Assembly: GCA_977017575.1 (NCBI GenBank)
Contig: CDRNVI010000028.1
Span: forward strand, 60,447-124,446
Direction: 5' to 3'
From: Paramoeba atlantica
Taxonomy: Eukaryota > Protista > Discosea
Length of the DNA: 64,000 nt
Shown here: one piece after another, positions 11,410 to 22,589 of the stretch
Layout of the letters: each line of letters begins with the position of its first letter
Numbering within the stretch: position 1 is the stretch's first letter
Position numbers and translations under genes: made by a program
Notes under the pieces: generated by a model
Told to the model about the DNA's origin: nothing
The model's input: the letters and a program-made list of their open reading frames with translations, nothing else
The model's database searches: none

Positions 11410-14034
11410 CTACTCTTTTCGGTGTCGCACGTTTGTGATTTCGACGATAGCCCTTAACAAGCTTTGTCGTAAATCCACTGTTTGCGATGAAGCGTTCGCA
11501 CGCTCTTCACTACCTCCTTCCAAGGCCCCAAGATCCACCTCCCGTTCCCAGCGTCGAAGAAACGGCACCAAGGCCCTGAACACACTCTCCATCTCCACCC
11601 CAGGACCACAGCATTTCAGCACCACAATGGCGGCCTCCATCTGTAGCGCCTCCAACGGGTCCAGTCTCCCCTTTGTCCCCGTCCCCGGAGTCTCGGCGTT
11701 CATGAAATTGTCCTCCCCCCTACTACCCCGTTGTTCTACTCCCCTTTCTCCCCTTCCACCTCCTGCAGGTTGCCATCGTAGTACCGCCAGGGCTTGTTGT
11801 ATCAACGGGTGGCTCGGGGGCAGCCACCCCGGGAGCCGGGGGTAGGCCGCCACCAATGCCGCCAACATCGACACACATCCCCACCCCTCTGCGAGCTCGC
11901 GGTGCACAAACCCAACCGCCCGGGAGGGGTCCATGGTGGAGGTCACGAGCAGTCGTAACGACAGCCGTGCCTCAAGATCCACAACAAACGGAGCAACACA
12001 ACCTGGTGGCTCCTCCTCTCCCTTTCTTAGCCCCTCCCCAGGAGAGGAACCCGATCCCCCACTCCTCTTCCCCTCATAAAAAGGAGCAGCGCCCTTCCCG
12101 GGGAGAACCCTTGGCTTCTCCTCCCACGACCCCGTGGCCCCCACCCCCGTTGGCAACCCCCACCCCCCGGCGCCGCTGTGGTGGGATCGGATCCGTCGCA
12201 ACGCGACCCGTAACAGCGTCTCCACATGATAACTCGGGGAGGGGGGGAACCCCGCATCGTGGAGGAACCCCTTTAACGAGGGGCCGCAGTCCGCACACAG
12301 CCGCAGCAGCGTGAGGTGCAGCGTGGCATAGAGCAGCCCGGGGTGGGGGGCGGCCCCGCGATACGGCTCCCCCCCCAGCACTGCCGGGGCAGCGCTGCTC
12401 CCGGAGACGCTGTGGAACACCGTGAGGAATTTTAACAGCGTGTCGGGGAAGCGAGGCCCGATGGCGCAGGTGGCGTAGTAGAGGAGGAGCCAGGAGGGGG
12501 CGAGGCCCTCCTTTGCGGTGAGGGCTTGGAACGCGATGCATAGGACTCTGAGCTCGGGCTCGGGGAGCGCACGGAGTGTGGAGGCGTGGAGGAAGTAGGC
12601 TTGGGAGACGAGATGGACGTAGGACTGGGTGAAGTCGCGAACGGGGAAGGCGCGTTTGAGGAGGACGAGGAGGGTGTGGAGGGTGCGGTGAAGGGTGAGG
12701 GGGGGACAGGAGGTCCACCGGGTGCGGAGGAGGTGGAGGAAGGGGGCGGTGAGGTGGGTGACGCAGGGGAGGGTGCGTCGTAGGAGGTGGAGGTGGGCCC
12801 GGGAGAGGGATTGGATGGATTCGTGATCGGTAACGAGAGCGGTCTCGGAGAGGTGTTGCATAAGGGAGTGGAGCAAGTCGGGGAGGGGGAGGGAGGCGAG
12901 GTGTTGTGTGGGTGCGGGAGGCGGTGTGAGTTCTTGGGATGGGGATGGGATGGCAATGCGGGTCGTTGTACTGTTGTCGATAGATTGTTTAGAAATGAGC
13001 TTCTCTTCATCCAGCGGTAAAGACCGTAAGGAAGTAGTTTGACCTGGTTGTGTGTCAAGAATAGCGCTCGTTTGCAATGGTCTTTGTGTGACATCGACGA
13101 TCGGAACATTTTTTCTACTTTTCGCGGGCCTTTTCTTAGGTATTGCAGTAATCCGTTTGCGAGCCTCCAAAGAAACTGTTTTAGCTTTCTTTGAAGGTTT
13201 TGAAATGGTGTTCCCCACTTCTTTGATATCGCGTTCACATACTTGTAAGACAGAGGCAATTCCCTGAGATGTTAGTGCATGGGAAAGTGGGGAAGCGTCT
13301 CCTTCGCATTCAGTTTGTATCATTGAGGACTCTTGTTTACCCAATGTGATGACTGTATTTTTTAGCTTATGCAATGCATCGATCGTACCGCGTTCAAATT
13401 TGGCTATATTTCGCTCTAATTTTTCCAACCTCTGGAGCAATTGCTTCTCGGATATTTGCGTATTTTTTGTGAACTTTTCGGACAGCTCGCTTATTGCCTT
13501 GTAAAGTTCCTGTAATATTACTGGACTTGGTTCCTTTGTGACCTCCTTCCGAGTAGATCGCTCTTCAACCTCTTGGGAAGAAGATTTCATGTGGACACAG
13601 CACTGTAAAATTTCGTCGATCTTTGTGTGCAACGATTTCAGAATTTCTGCATCCGCAGCGACTTGTGCTCTGTTTTGTGTTTCTTTCGTTCCTGGTATAC
13701 TCTTTGAGGGTGGTACAGCCCTTCGTCTCGAAGCTGCACCATCGACTATGTCATCCGCTAATTTCCTTTTCGTTACCCTCTCTATGGAAGAGTGGTGTGA
13801 TTCAGAAAAAGTGTGAGTATTTTTTTCCTTATCAGTCGCACTGTCCCCAGGAGTCGATTCAGAAAACGAGCTCGTAGTATTCGAACCGGGTTTGGCAATT
13901 GCCGATGCAAGTTGATGCTGAACTTGACGCAATCGCAGTTTCAGCTGGCTTATTTCGGCGTCCTTAGCTAGTATTTCATGCGTGCTCATGTGATAGAAAG
14001 GAAATGTGATCCTACAGAACTGGTGGCAAGACAA
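11410..14034 (-). CDS. Large hypothetical protein (coiled-coil N-terminus, helical C-terminal half)
   Basis: 874-codon ORF on the cluster strand; no family recognised. Confidence 0.75.
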   Translation of the reverse strand: MSCHQFCRITFPFYHMSTHEILAKDAEISQLKLRLRQVQHQLASAIAKPGSNTTSSFSESTPGDSATDKEKNTHTFSESHHSSIERVTKRKLADDIVDGAASRRRAVPPSKSIPGTKETQNRAQVAADAEILKSLHTKIDEILQCCVHMKSSSQEVEERSTRKEVTKEPSPVILQELYKAISELSEKFTKNTQISEKQLLQRLEKLERNIAKFERGTIDALHKLKNTVITLGKQESSMIQTECEGDASPLSHALTSQGIASVLQVCERDIKEVGNTISKPSKKAKTVSLEARKRITAIPKKRPAKSRKNVPIVDVTQRPLQTSAILDTQPGQTTSLRSLPLDEEKLISKQSIDNSTTTRIAIPSPSQELTPPPAPTQHLASLPLPDLLHSLMQHLSETALVTDHESIQSLSRAHLHLLRRTLPCVTHLTAPFLHLLRTRWTSCPPLTLHRTLHTLLVLLKRAFPVRDFTQSYVHLVSQAYFLHASTLRALPEPELRVLCIAFQALTAKEGLAPSWLLLYYATCAIGPRFPDTLLKFLTVFHSVSGSSAAPAVLGGEPYRGAAPHPGLLYATLHLTLLRLCADCGPSLKGFLHDAGFPPSPSYHVETLLRVALRRIRSHHSGAGGWGLPTGVGATGSWEEKPRVLPGKGAAPFYEGKRSGGSGSSPGEGLRKGEEEPPGCVAPFVVDLEARLSLRLLVTSTMDPSRAVGFVHRELAEGWGCVSMLAALVAAYPRLPGWLPPSHPLIQQALAVLRWQPAGGGRGERGVEQRGSRGEDNFMNAETPGTGTKGRLDPLEALQMEAAIVVLKCCGPGVEMESVFRALVPFLRRWEREVDLGALEGGSEERANASSQTVDLRQSLLRAIVEITNVRHRKE

Positions 14035-14691
14035 AACGAATATACATTGCTAGACGTTAAACGTATATAAAATTCATGTGAGATTAATTTATAGCAGAAC
14101 ACTTATGATCTACACACGCAAGAGAAGTACCGTCCAGGCAATGGTCCCCCCTCTCGTAAGAGCTTTTGACCTAATTCCTTCGACATTCTACAGAGCTCAA
14201 AAAATTAAAGCGATTTCCGCGGTCTTTTTGCCCATACCAACTCCTACGTCCATCATAGCTACAAAATACACGAAAAAATGCTTGTTTTTCCCGAATTTTT
14301 CTAAATTTCCCGTTTGGTTTATTTTTTTAGGACATTTTTTCTTCATAATTGGTTTCTCATTCATGTATGCATTTGATGGAAACTCCCGTTAAATGTATAA
14401 AGGGCCAGTATTCCAACTCAGCCAAAAATGAAACTACTCACAATTACTCACCAAACAGTGCAATGTACCTTCCCACAACGCCTTGAAATTATTTGGTCGT
14501 TAATGGACCGCATCATCAAAAAACATTTTCGAGAACTTGAGAAAGTATTTTTGATTCCGGCTCAACCCATGAAAGAAAATTATAATATTTATAAATGTTT
14601 TAGCAAGTTGTCTACTTTCACTTTATAACTTTAAAGAGTCTCCCAATGCAATCAAGAAAAACCGAGCAACCAAATACAAATCAACCGCTTA

Positions 14692-15207
14692 CTATCCTCC
14701 TATCCTAGCGTTGCCTGGTTTTCGTAAAAAGCAACGCTAGGAGGGGGAGTCAAAAACAGGGACTCAAAAATTGGTAAGCCGAAGATGTTGTGGGATGTGG
14801 TGAGGAGTGTGAATGCGATTACGGGGTTGTGGATAATAAATAATTTATAATGATCTAATTGACCTTAGACGGGCCATGTCTTATTAAAAGGATTAAGAAA
14901 ATGATGTAATCAAATTACGTTTTTATAATTTCTTCCTATTCATTAGAAAATTAAGTAGGTGTTCGTAAAAGGAAGACCTCATAAAATTATGTTCTGCGCA
15001 CTCGGGTTGACATGACACTTGGGTTAGCGAAGCGACCCAAAAAGAAATTACTTCGAAGATAATAATTTCATATTTTTGCATGAATATGACCACAAAAAAT
15101 GAATGGAAAAAATGAAAAACAAATTGCCGCTTCGCGGCAGGATGAACTTCAAAAGCAACGCTAATAAGAGGGGGTACCGGGGCAACGCTAGGATAGGGGG
15201 GGGATAG
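14692..15207. mobile_element. TA-flanked MITE
   Basis: TA|CTATCCTCCTATCCTAGCGTTGCC ... GGCAACGCTAGGATAGGGGGGGGATAG|TA. Confidence 0.7.
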
Positions 15208-15210
15208 TAC

Positions 15211-16445
15211 TACCATTTATGACGCCCGAAATGGCGGCAACGGTCCTTATAGCCCACAAAACTGCCTCCCGATCGGGGGAAGTTAGTCATCTGATGCGGA
15301 AAGATTTCATAGTATTGCGACCGGACTGCATTGTCCTTTACTGGGGCCACAAAACGAAGACTACAAAGGCTCAACTTTTTCGCCCCGATACAATGGTTTG
15401 TTTTCGATGGTACACATACCAACCGTCTGTACCAGTATTTGCGCAATCCTTCCCCCCTGCACTCGAATTACGAGTCTTGGGTCGATCCATATCACCCGCT
15501 TCTTACGAAGCCACCTGGGGAAGGAATATTCGTCCCATTCCATCAAGCGCGGGGGTATTCACCAATTAATGGAGAGTGTTGCGCATGGGAAAGTAACTAT
15601 GGAGGAGGTTATGCGCCTGACCAACCATCGCCAAATATCTTCACTCCTCCGATATTCCGGGATAAACGAAAATACAGCCCGAGCTTTGGGGACCCAGCAT
15701 GCAACGAGATTGTTGTAAAGGAAACGGGACCGACCCAACTAGGCATATCATGGGATACAAAAGAGAAACATGCGCAATTTAGAAGTCGTAGAGTGTGGTC
15801 GCGCCACCATCGAACGTGTCAGAAGCCCACGCCAGAACAGATAAAGTTACCTATTCATACCCCTAACGTGACTGCTCTGGATTTGAATACATTGATGCAA
15901 TGGATGACATCCGCTGTCAAAGAAAGATTTGACGAAATCTGGAAACTTTTAATTTCTCCCACATGCAATAATCGCTACACAAAATTTTCTCCTATAAGTA
16001 AATCCTGTTTCAGAAGCAGACTTGGTACAATTAGTGAAATCAAACATTATACGAAGGGTAGACTACAACGAATTAAAGAGTCGTCCTACGAAAGGCGAGG
16101 TAATACCTTTTACAACACACGAAGAAGGAGCAGAGGGAGCGCGCCGTCGATTTATTTGCTGGCCAAAACAACAGAACCAAGAGTTAGAAATGAGATGTCT
16201 AGCAAATGTTCCAATTGGACAGCCTATTTCTTACGTAGGGAAAATTCTTCATGAACAATCTATAAAAAGGAATTTGAAGACTGGTTTCTTTCAAGTACAA
16301 TGACCCCGTGAGGCTGGGGCGCACTATCGCTTTCAATATGGGGGGCGACTTATGAGATGATGCGCATGCCGATGGGGGATGTCTATGCCCGGGAAATACA
16401 ACAGATTTTGACAACAACCTTAGCTGGACATACAGTGGTGATCAG
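15211..16445 (+). mobile_element. Degenerate tyrosine-recombinase retrotransposon (VIPER/TATE-like): YR followed by RT
   Basis: KTASRSGEV (R), KTKT (K), SHSIKRG (HxxR), LTNH, SLLRY (Y) split over two frames. Downstream NLKTGFFQV*..HYRFQYG..YEMMRMPMG RT motifs carry a stop and frameshifts. Confidence 0.8.
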
Positions 16446-16601
16446 CTTCTTTTACCCCCCCTACAGGTCTTGTATTTTGTTCGATTTTGGAAAGATTTGG
16501 TATACCACCGTTTTTCGACCCAATCGTTCCGAATGAGAGATCCTTTTCACTCGAGCGACCCCCTACCCCCCTAGCCAGGTAGGGGTCAAAAAAGCTAATT
16601 A

Positions 16602-16935
16602 CTGTACCCCCCCTACTTATCTGTCACTGCTTTTCGCGAAAAGGTGACAGATAACTAGGGGGGGTAGGGGTGTGACAGATAACTAGGCGGATCAGTGTAT
16701 ATATAGCATCAGTGTATAATAGCACCACGCACGACCATTCGCTTGAAACACAAAAAGAAAAAATGTAAGTTTCATTTTATCATTTTTTTCAGAAAAAAGC
16801 ATTTTCCCTATTTTTAAAAAGTGACAGATAAAAAAGTCGACTAGTGGGGTAGTCGACGAAAAAAAATTCGAAGTGCCAAAAAGTGACAGATAACTAGGGG
16901 GTGACGTGTGACAGATAACTAGGGGGGGGCACAGT
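16602..16935. mobile_element. TA-flanked MITE
   Basis: TA|CTGTACCCCCCCTACTTATCTGTCAC ... GTGACAGATAACTAGGGGGGGGCACAG|TA, with internal GTGACAGATAACTAGG repeats. Confidence 0.65.
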
Positions 16936-17409
16936 ACAACTTTTTTGGGTGTACTTTTTCGAATGTTTCGGATGAAGAACAGTGGTAAAATAAGTCAGAA
17001 GACGCGGAAAAGGAGTGCAAAGTATTCTCCAGTATTTAGTCATATGCCATTTGGCCTCCTTGACCAAGAGTAAACGAATACGATAGTCCCGGAAGATATT
17101 CTTAAACGTTTCCGGTTGATCTTTAGAATAAAAAACGAATAGTTTCAATGATGGACCCGGGGTTAAATTTATGAAGTTTTGCGACTGCCTTAGAGGGGTG
17201 AAGCCTGCTCGGTTCTAGCGTTCTTCGCCCGTGTTCGCCCGTGTTCGGTCGAGTTAAAAGTTCGGACACTTAAGTTGTGGAGAATATGCAGTTTCTTTCT
17301 AATCTATATTTTGTATTTTGTAATTGTATAGTGCAATTTGACTACCAAAAAAATAAATATTTAATAGCAATTTTTTGTTTTGTACCTAGTTTTTCGGGCT
17401 CGTTTTTGA

Positions 17410-18414
17410 ATGGAACACGACTTGCCCCCCGATCAAAACGTTTATCAAGACGTCTACGGAAATCCTTCCTCAGACACTTATGAACGTCTTCGTAAGTGGG
17501 TGCGCCACCAGATGAAAGAAACCTTCTTGATACCACTAACCCGTAAGGAAATAGTGGATATCAAGTTTGCGGGACTGAGCGCGGCCGAAAAAAATAGCAT
17601 AAAATATGCTGAGAAGCGTATGCCACCTGCGGATCTCCTAGATCGTATAGAAGAGAACATCTTGGAAACCTGTGCAGGATGGCTGGTAGCGCGACGGAAT
17701 CTTGTTCAAGACATGGCGCATACTGGTGTGACGCGCTCTTTGTGTGGAGTGCCCATCGACGAGCGTATATTATTGGAAGCTCTGGTCTTGTTGACTCAAT
17801 CGCGTGATACGGGATTATTGTTCTTCAAAGATGATGAGCGCTCAATGCTCAACGGGGTAAAGGAAGAAGAAATGCCAGCTTATTGGCAGTGGAAAAGCGC
17901 GTGCGGGAAATGGGGATTAAACATGAAAGAGCTTCCGCTCGAATTGCTATCCAAAAAACTATGTGAGTACTTGAAGAAGTGTTACTCTGGCTTGTATGAG
18001 AATTCTTCTAGTGCTCATGAAGTTGTTGCTGAATGGTTTCGTAGCGTTTGGCGAAGTTTACGTGGGGATTCCTCTGAAGTGGCCAAGCGATGTCGCGAGC
18101 GCACCAGGGATATAAAGAGGGTCGTTTCCCTAACGGAGGCTTCAGCATCGCAAACGGCACGTGACGTAAATCAGTTGCAAGACGAATTTCTTGCACTGAA
18201 AAGTGAAGTACAATCCCTCAAGGACCAGTGCTCAATTTTACAGGCTCGTGTGCAGAGTCTGGAGGCGAATAACACCGTTCGTCGACAGGAAGCGTCAAAT
18301 AGCCGATCCAGTGAAGCATTAAACAGACCGCCTCTAATCTATGATGGTCAAAAATTGTCTCGTCCAACTAAATCATTATATGACCAGGCAGGTTTGCGTT
18401 CCATTCGAAAGTGA
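17410..18414 (+). CDS. Accessory ORF of element C (unknown domain plus coiled coil)
   Basis: 334-aa ORF; its N-terminus matches the remnant at 48600-48750 upstream of the paralogous transposase. Confidence 0.7.
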   Translation: MEHDLPPDQNVYQDVYGNPSSDTYERLRKWVRHQMKETFLIPLTRKEIVDIKFAGLSAAEKNSIKYAEKRMPPADLLDRIEENILETCAGWLVARRNLVQDMAHTGVTRSLCGVPIDERILLEALVLLTQSRDTGLLFFKDDERSMLNGVKEEEMPAYWQWKSACGKWGLNMKELPLELLSKKLCEYLKKCYSGLYENSSSAHEVVAEWFRSVWRSLRGDSSEVAKRCRERTRDIKRVVSLTEASASQTARDVNQLQDEFLALKSEVQSLKDQCSILQARVQSLEANNTVRRQEASNSRSSEALNRPPLIYDGQKLSRPTKSLYDQAGLRSIRK

Positions 18415-18671
18415 AAAGGAAAAAGGTACATGTACGAAGACCGGTAAACGAAAAGTAGAAAGTGGCATAGGTACAAACAAGTTATAAAAGTTGCTAGTCA
18501 TTCTACGTTGTTGCTGTTACTCTTGTGTTCATGAAACAATATTTTATTGCTTTGTCTAATGAAAGCTCTTCTTCTGTTTTTCATTTCTGCAATTTTTTGA
18601 GCGCTTCTATTTGTTAACAGTTTCTAGCAAGTGTTTTCTTATCCTAACGCAGTGTTTCATACTGGTATTGT

Positions 18672-19598
18672 ATGTCAAATCCCATGCTGCCTTGGACCCT
18701 TGTGTGCCATGCTTTCACCGGATACAACCCCGACATTGTTCAGTACCTTTCACAGACGTTTAATTGCTCCAACGTTCAAGTTTTCGCTATTTCTATGTTG
18801 CACATGAATTTAACTTTCGAACAGGCTTGTGCTGTTCTTTATCCTTACATTGGCAATCGTCTTTTTTCTCCTACATGGTTTAGAAAGTCGATTATGGAAC
18901 CTGTTCTTGCTGCCTCCAACAACGTAGGAAACATGGCTGATGTTGAAAGAAGATTTAGAGTGCGTGAAGAGAACTATTTTATGTGTACTTCAATTGTCGA
19001 TGGACTTCCTGTCTTCAGAAGGGGCCCGCAAAGTCTGTATAACGGAAAGCACGCCACAAAATACTGGACTTTTCAGGTCTTCATCATGATCGACGGCTGT
19101 CCCTTAGCGTGGAGTGGACCCTTTGAAGGTAGCATGCACGACAGTGAATGCTTGGCTGGGTCCGATATTTATGGATGAACCCACAAGGTGGATGAAATGG
19201 TGATTGCAGACAAAGCTTACCGATCTGTGCGCCACTGCCCACGCCAAGAAACAGGTTCTTCCGTCGATGACCTATTTAACATAGATTTTCGACGTGTGAG
19301 AAACCGAAGAGAACGTTTTTTTGGGCATTTAGACAAACACAAACTGCTCCACTACAATCAGCATAGAAAAGAATTTCTGAAGTCGGCATTCGGACTTCTG
19401 TGGAACAGTGAGTGCGTCGACTGGCGTATTCGCCCTCGGCAACTTTATTTAACTTCGTTGACACTCCTTGATGTCGATCACCCTATTGTACAAGACACGT
19501 GTAATTCTACGCAGCATAATTTTCTAGGATTCTGCAACCATGACACGAAGCAATATAACTTGAGTACAGTGAAGTATTCAAATAGGAGTGGATTATAA
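18672..19598 (+). pseudogene. DDE_Tnp_4 (Harbinger/IS5-like) transposase with an in-frame TGA
   Basis: IVDGLP..YNGKH..GSMHDS | VIADKAY..RNRRERFF. TGA at 19176-19178 aligns to Leu of the 47422 paralogue. Confidence 0.85.
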
Positions 19599-19603
19599 TA
19601 CGG

Positions 19604-20497
19604 TTGCGGTGGTTGTAAAACTACCGCTCTACACTCGATTATTGAAAAAAAAGTGAACAAAAACAGTGAAAATATAAAGGGGAACACAGTAATATAATAG
19701 AAGAAAAAAATATAAAAGGGGGCTCCGGTGGACCAAAACTGAAAAAAAAATTTGAAAAAAATGGGGGGTCCATGGGGGGGGTCCAGGGGGGGGGGTCCAG
19801 GGGGGGTCATGGTCGAGCAAATTTTTTCGAAAAAATTAGTTTTCGAAAAAAAACCGCAGAAAGGGTAGCCGGGGTCTTGGCGCGCATTTTCCACCCCCCT
19901 ACCCGGGGGTGACCCCCGCGCGTATCCGCAGGACGGGTCCGCCAAGTTCGGATATTTTCGGAAAAATTTTTTTGAAAAAAATTTCAACTTGGCGAGAAAA
20001 ATGACAAAAAAAATATTTTTCCAAAATCGTTTCCCCTATTGTATTTTGATAGTTTGGGACCTACACTAGCTTTCTCCGCAGTTGTTTTCGCAAGGTATCA
20101 CTTCTTCGAACCGTGGTGCGCCCCTCAAAATGACCCATTTTTGACTAAAAAAGGTGAAAAAGTATTTTTCGGACCTAAAGGGGCATTTTTGTGTCGAAAG
20201 AATGGTATGGTTGGAGTCGTATTCTCTACCCAATACCTTTGGTAGGCTTCTATTCATGCCTACGAGTGATTTCCCACGCGCAAATGTCGGATTTAGTGCT
20301 CTGACAGCAAAAATACGCGAAAATCACCCCATTTTTACCCGAAATTCGGCTATTTTTGGCTATAATTTTTCCGTTTTCCAGGCTAAATTTTCTTTTTTAG
20401 GCTCTTCGTTAAGCGCGGCGGTAGTTTTCAACGCGAAGCGCGCAGCATGAGTGACTTCTAAGTTGAAAACAACCACCGCGTTTAACGAAGAGCCTAA
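19604..20497 (+). mobile_element. Hairpin-ended non-autonomous element, copy 1
   Basis: Starts TTGCGGTGGTTGTAAAACTACCGC, contains GGGGGGTCCA G-run repeats, ends in a roughly 100-nt palindrome TTAGGCTCTTCGTTAA...TTAACGAAGAGCCTAA. Confidence 0.85.
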
Positions 20498-20691
20498 AAA
20501 AGTGACATTATTTTTAATTACGGTTATCTTTATTTAAGATTATTTTTAGCCCCGAAACAAAATACTTTTTTTCATGTCTATCACCATCGACCTCACTTTC
20601 ATACGAAACACAAACCTTTATAAAATGATCACAGACGAATCCAATGGCTTGGGCGCTCAAAAAGTGTGTTCAAAAATTATTAACTTACGAG

Positions 20692-21614
20692 TTGCGGTGG
20701 TTGTAAAACTACCGCTCTACACTCGATTATTGAAAAAAAAGTGAACAAAAACAGTGAAAATATAAAGAGGAACACAGTAATATAATAGAAGAAAAAAATA
20801 TAAAAGGGGGCTCCGGTGGTCCAAAACTGAAAAAAAAATTTGAAAAAAATGGGGGGTCCATGGGGGGGGGGGGTCCAGGGGGGGGTCCAGGGGGGGGGTC
20901 CAGGGGGGGGGTCCAGGGGGGGGGCATGGTCGAGCAAATTTTTTCGAAAAAATTAGTTTTCGAAAAAAAACCGCAGAAAGGGTAGCCGGGGTCTTGGCGC
21001 GCATTTTCCACCCCCCTACCCGGGGGTGACCCCCCCGCGTATCCGCAGGACGGGTCCGCCAAGTTCGGATTTTTTCGGAAAAAAAATTTTGAAAAAAATT
21101 TCAACTTGGCGAAAAAAATGACAAAAAAAATATTTTTCCAAAATCGTTTCCCCTATTGTATTTTGATAGTTTGGGACCTACACTAGCTTTCTACGCAGTT
21201 GTTTTCGCAAGGTATCACTTCTTCGAACCGTGGTGCGCCCCCCAAAATGACCCATTTTTGACTAAAAAAGGTGAAAAAGTATTTTTCGGACCTAAAGGGG
21301 CATTTTTGTGTCGAAAGAATGGTATGGTTGGAGTCGCATTCTCTACCCAATACGTTCGGTAGGCTTTCATTCATGCCTGCGAGTGATTTCCCACGCGCAA
21401 ATGTCGGATTTAGTGCTCTGAGAGCAAAAATATGCGAAAATGACCCCATTTGTACCCGAAATTCGGTTATTTTTGGCTATAATCTTTCCGTTTTCCAGGC
21501 TAAATTTTCTTTTTTAGGCTCTTCGTTAAACGCGGCGGTAGTTTTCAACGCGAAGCGCGCAGCATGAGTGACTTCTAAGTCGAAAGCAACCACCGCGTTT
21601 AACGAAGAGCCTAA
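20692..21614 (+). mobile_element. Hairpin-ended non-autonomous element, copy 2 (tandem with copy 1)
   Basis: Near-identical to 19604-20497, with more G-run units. Confidence 0.85.
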
Positions 21615-22589
21615 AAGAGAATTATACCTCCTAGGTATAATAACCCGGACGGTGGTTTAATTTGTTTCGCTCAAATTCTAAAATTAAAACTGTTTTTTAA
21701 CCTAAACAAGGGTCCGGTTTAGGATACCTGTGAGCTCGTACCATACCGGAGGGGGTATGGTATTGTTACCCAGGGCCGATAGCATACCCCCCCCTGGTTT
21801 TTAGCAGTTCCCCCTGGTTCTCTTTAGCAGTTCTGAATGGTTTTGCCTAACTCCTTTTTCGTTTGTGTTTAACTTTCTTTTCAAACGCAATATTTTATTA
21901 ATACTTATCACACGTCCGAATATACACACACAATACATTACTATTCATACCGAACTACCTTCATACCATTACTGTTCCGAATCTGTCTGTGAATGGTCTG
22001 GCTTACCAGTGACCGTTCGGAGCAATCCAGAATGATTTGGATTGTATTGGATTTATCCACACCGCCTATATTTCCCTCAACAAAGAAAATCTCCACAAAT
22101 ATTTGTGCAACAAAAATTTGTGAACTTTTTATTGTGCAACAATTTCGAAAGTCGCACAATAAAAAATTCACAAATTTTTGCGAACGCTGTACGTTAAGCA
22201 CACTTTCCTAGGGAGGCGTCTTGTCGCCAAAGACATTGTGCAAACCTTCTTTCATTTGCTTTTCAATTGTACGGAAAGAACGGCTTCTTCTGATTCTCTT
22301 CACCTCACTATCCTCGAGTCAGATCCAATACATGAACTCATTTGAACTTATGGGAGAGAAGTAACGTAATGTAAAAAAACGTTAACCACCACGTTTACTG
22401 GAGCGACTACAAACTCGCACTAATATTTGTTACTTGGAAGAATTCTAATTTTCTTTTACCTCATATATTTGTATTTTTTCCTCTTCATACACTTCATACT
22501 CCCTCTCTGAGTTTGATTCCCACCCCGTCTTTTCTTGTAAACGGGTACCAAGATCCACATGAAGACGAGCGCCAAAGGTGGTCATCGTG

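Larger units (their letters stand above)
17193..19603 (+). mobile_element. Two-ORF PIF/Harbinger-like element C (right end not found)
   Basis: TTA|GAGGGGTGAAGCC putative left end, TTCGCCCGTG subterminal repeats, accessory ORF plus DDE_Tnp_4 transposase. A hairpin-family copy starts at 19604. Confidence 0.65.

Noticed and set aside
11856-13259. Several long overlapping alternative-frame ORFs
   Set aside because: Expected shadow ORFs of a GC-rich block inside the 874-aa gene; the same applies in the syntaxin and histone-fold genes.
19176-19178. Stop-codon reassignment (in-frame TGA/TAA in several TE genes)
   Set aside because: Stops occur only in decayed TE ORFs alongside frameshifts; the TGA aligns to Leu (a TTA-to-TGA change would explain it); host genes terminate normally at all three stop types.
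19478-21567. Repeated F/P-rich ORFs in the hairpin family (also at 33851-34596 and 43297-44160)
   Set aside because: Low-complexity translations of poly-A/T and G-runs; frames are not conserved between copies.
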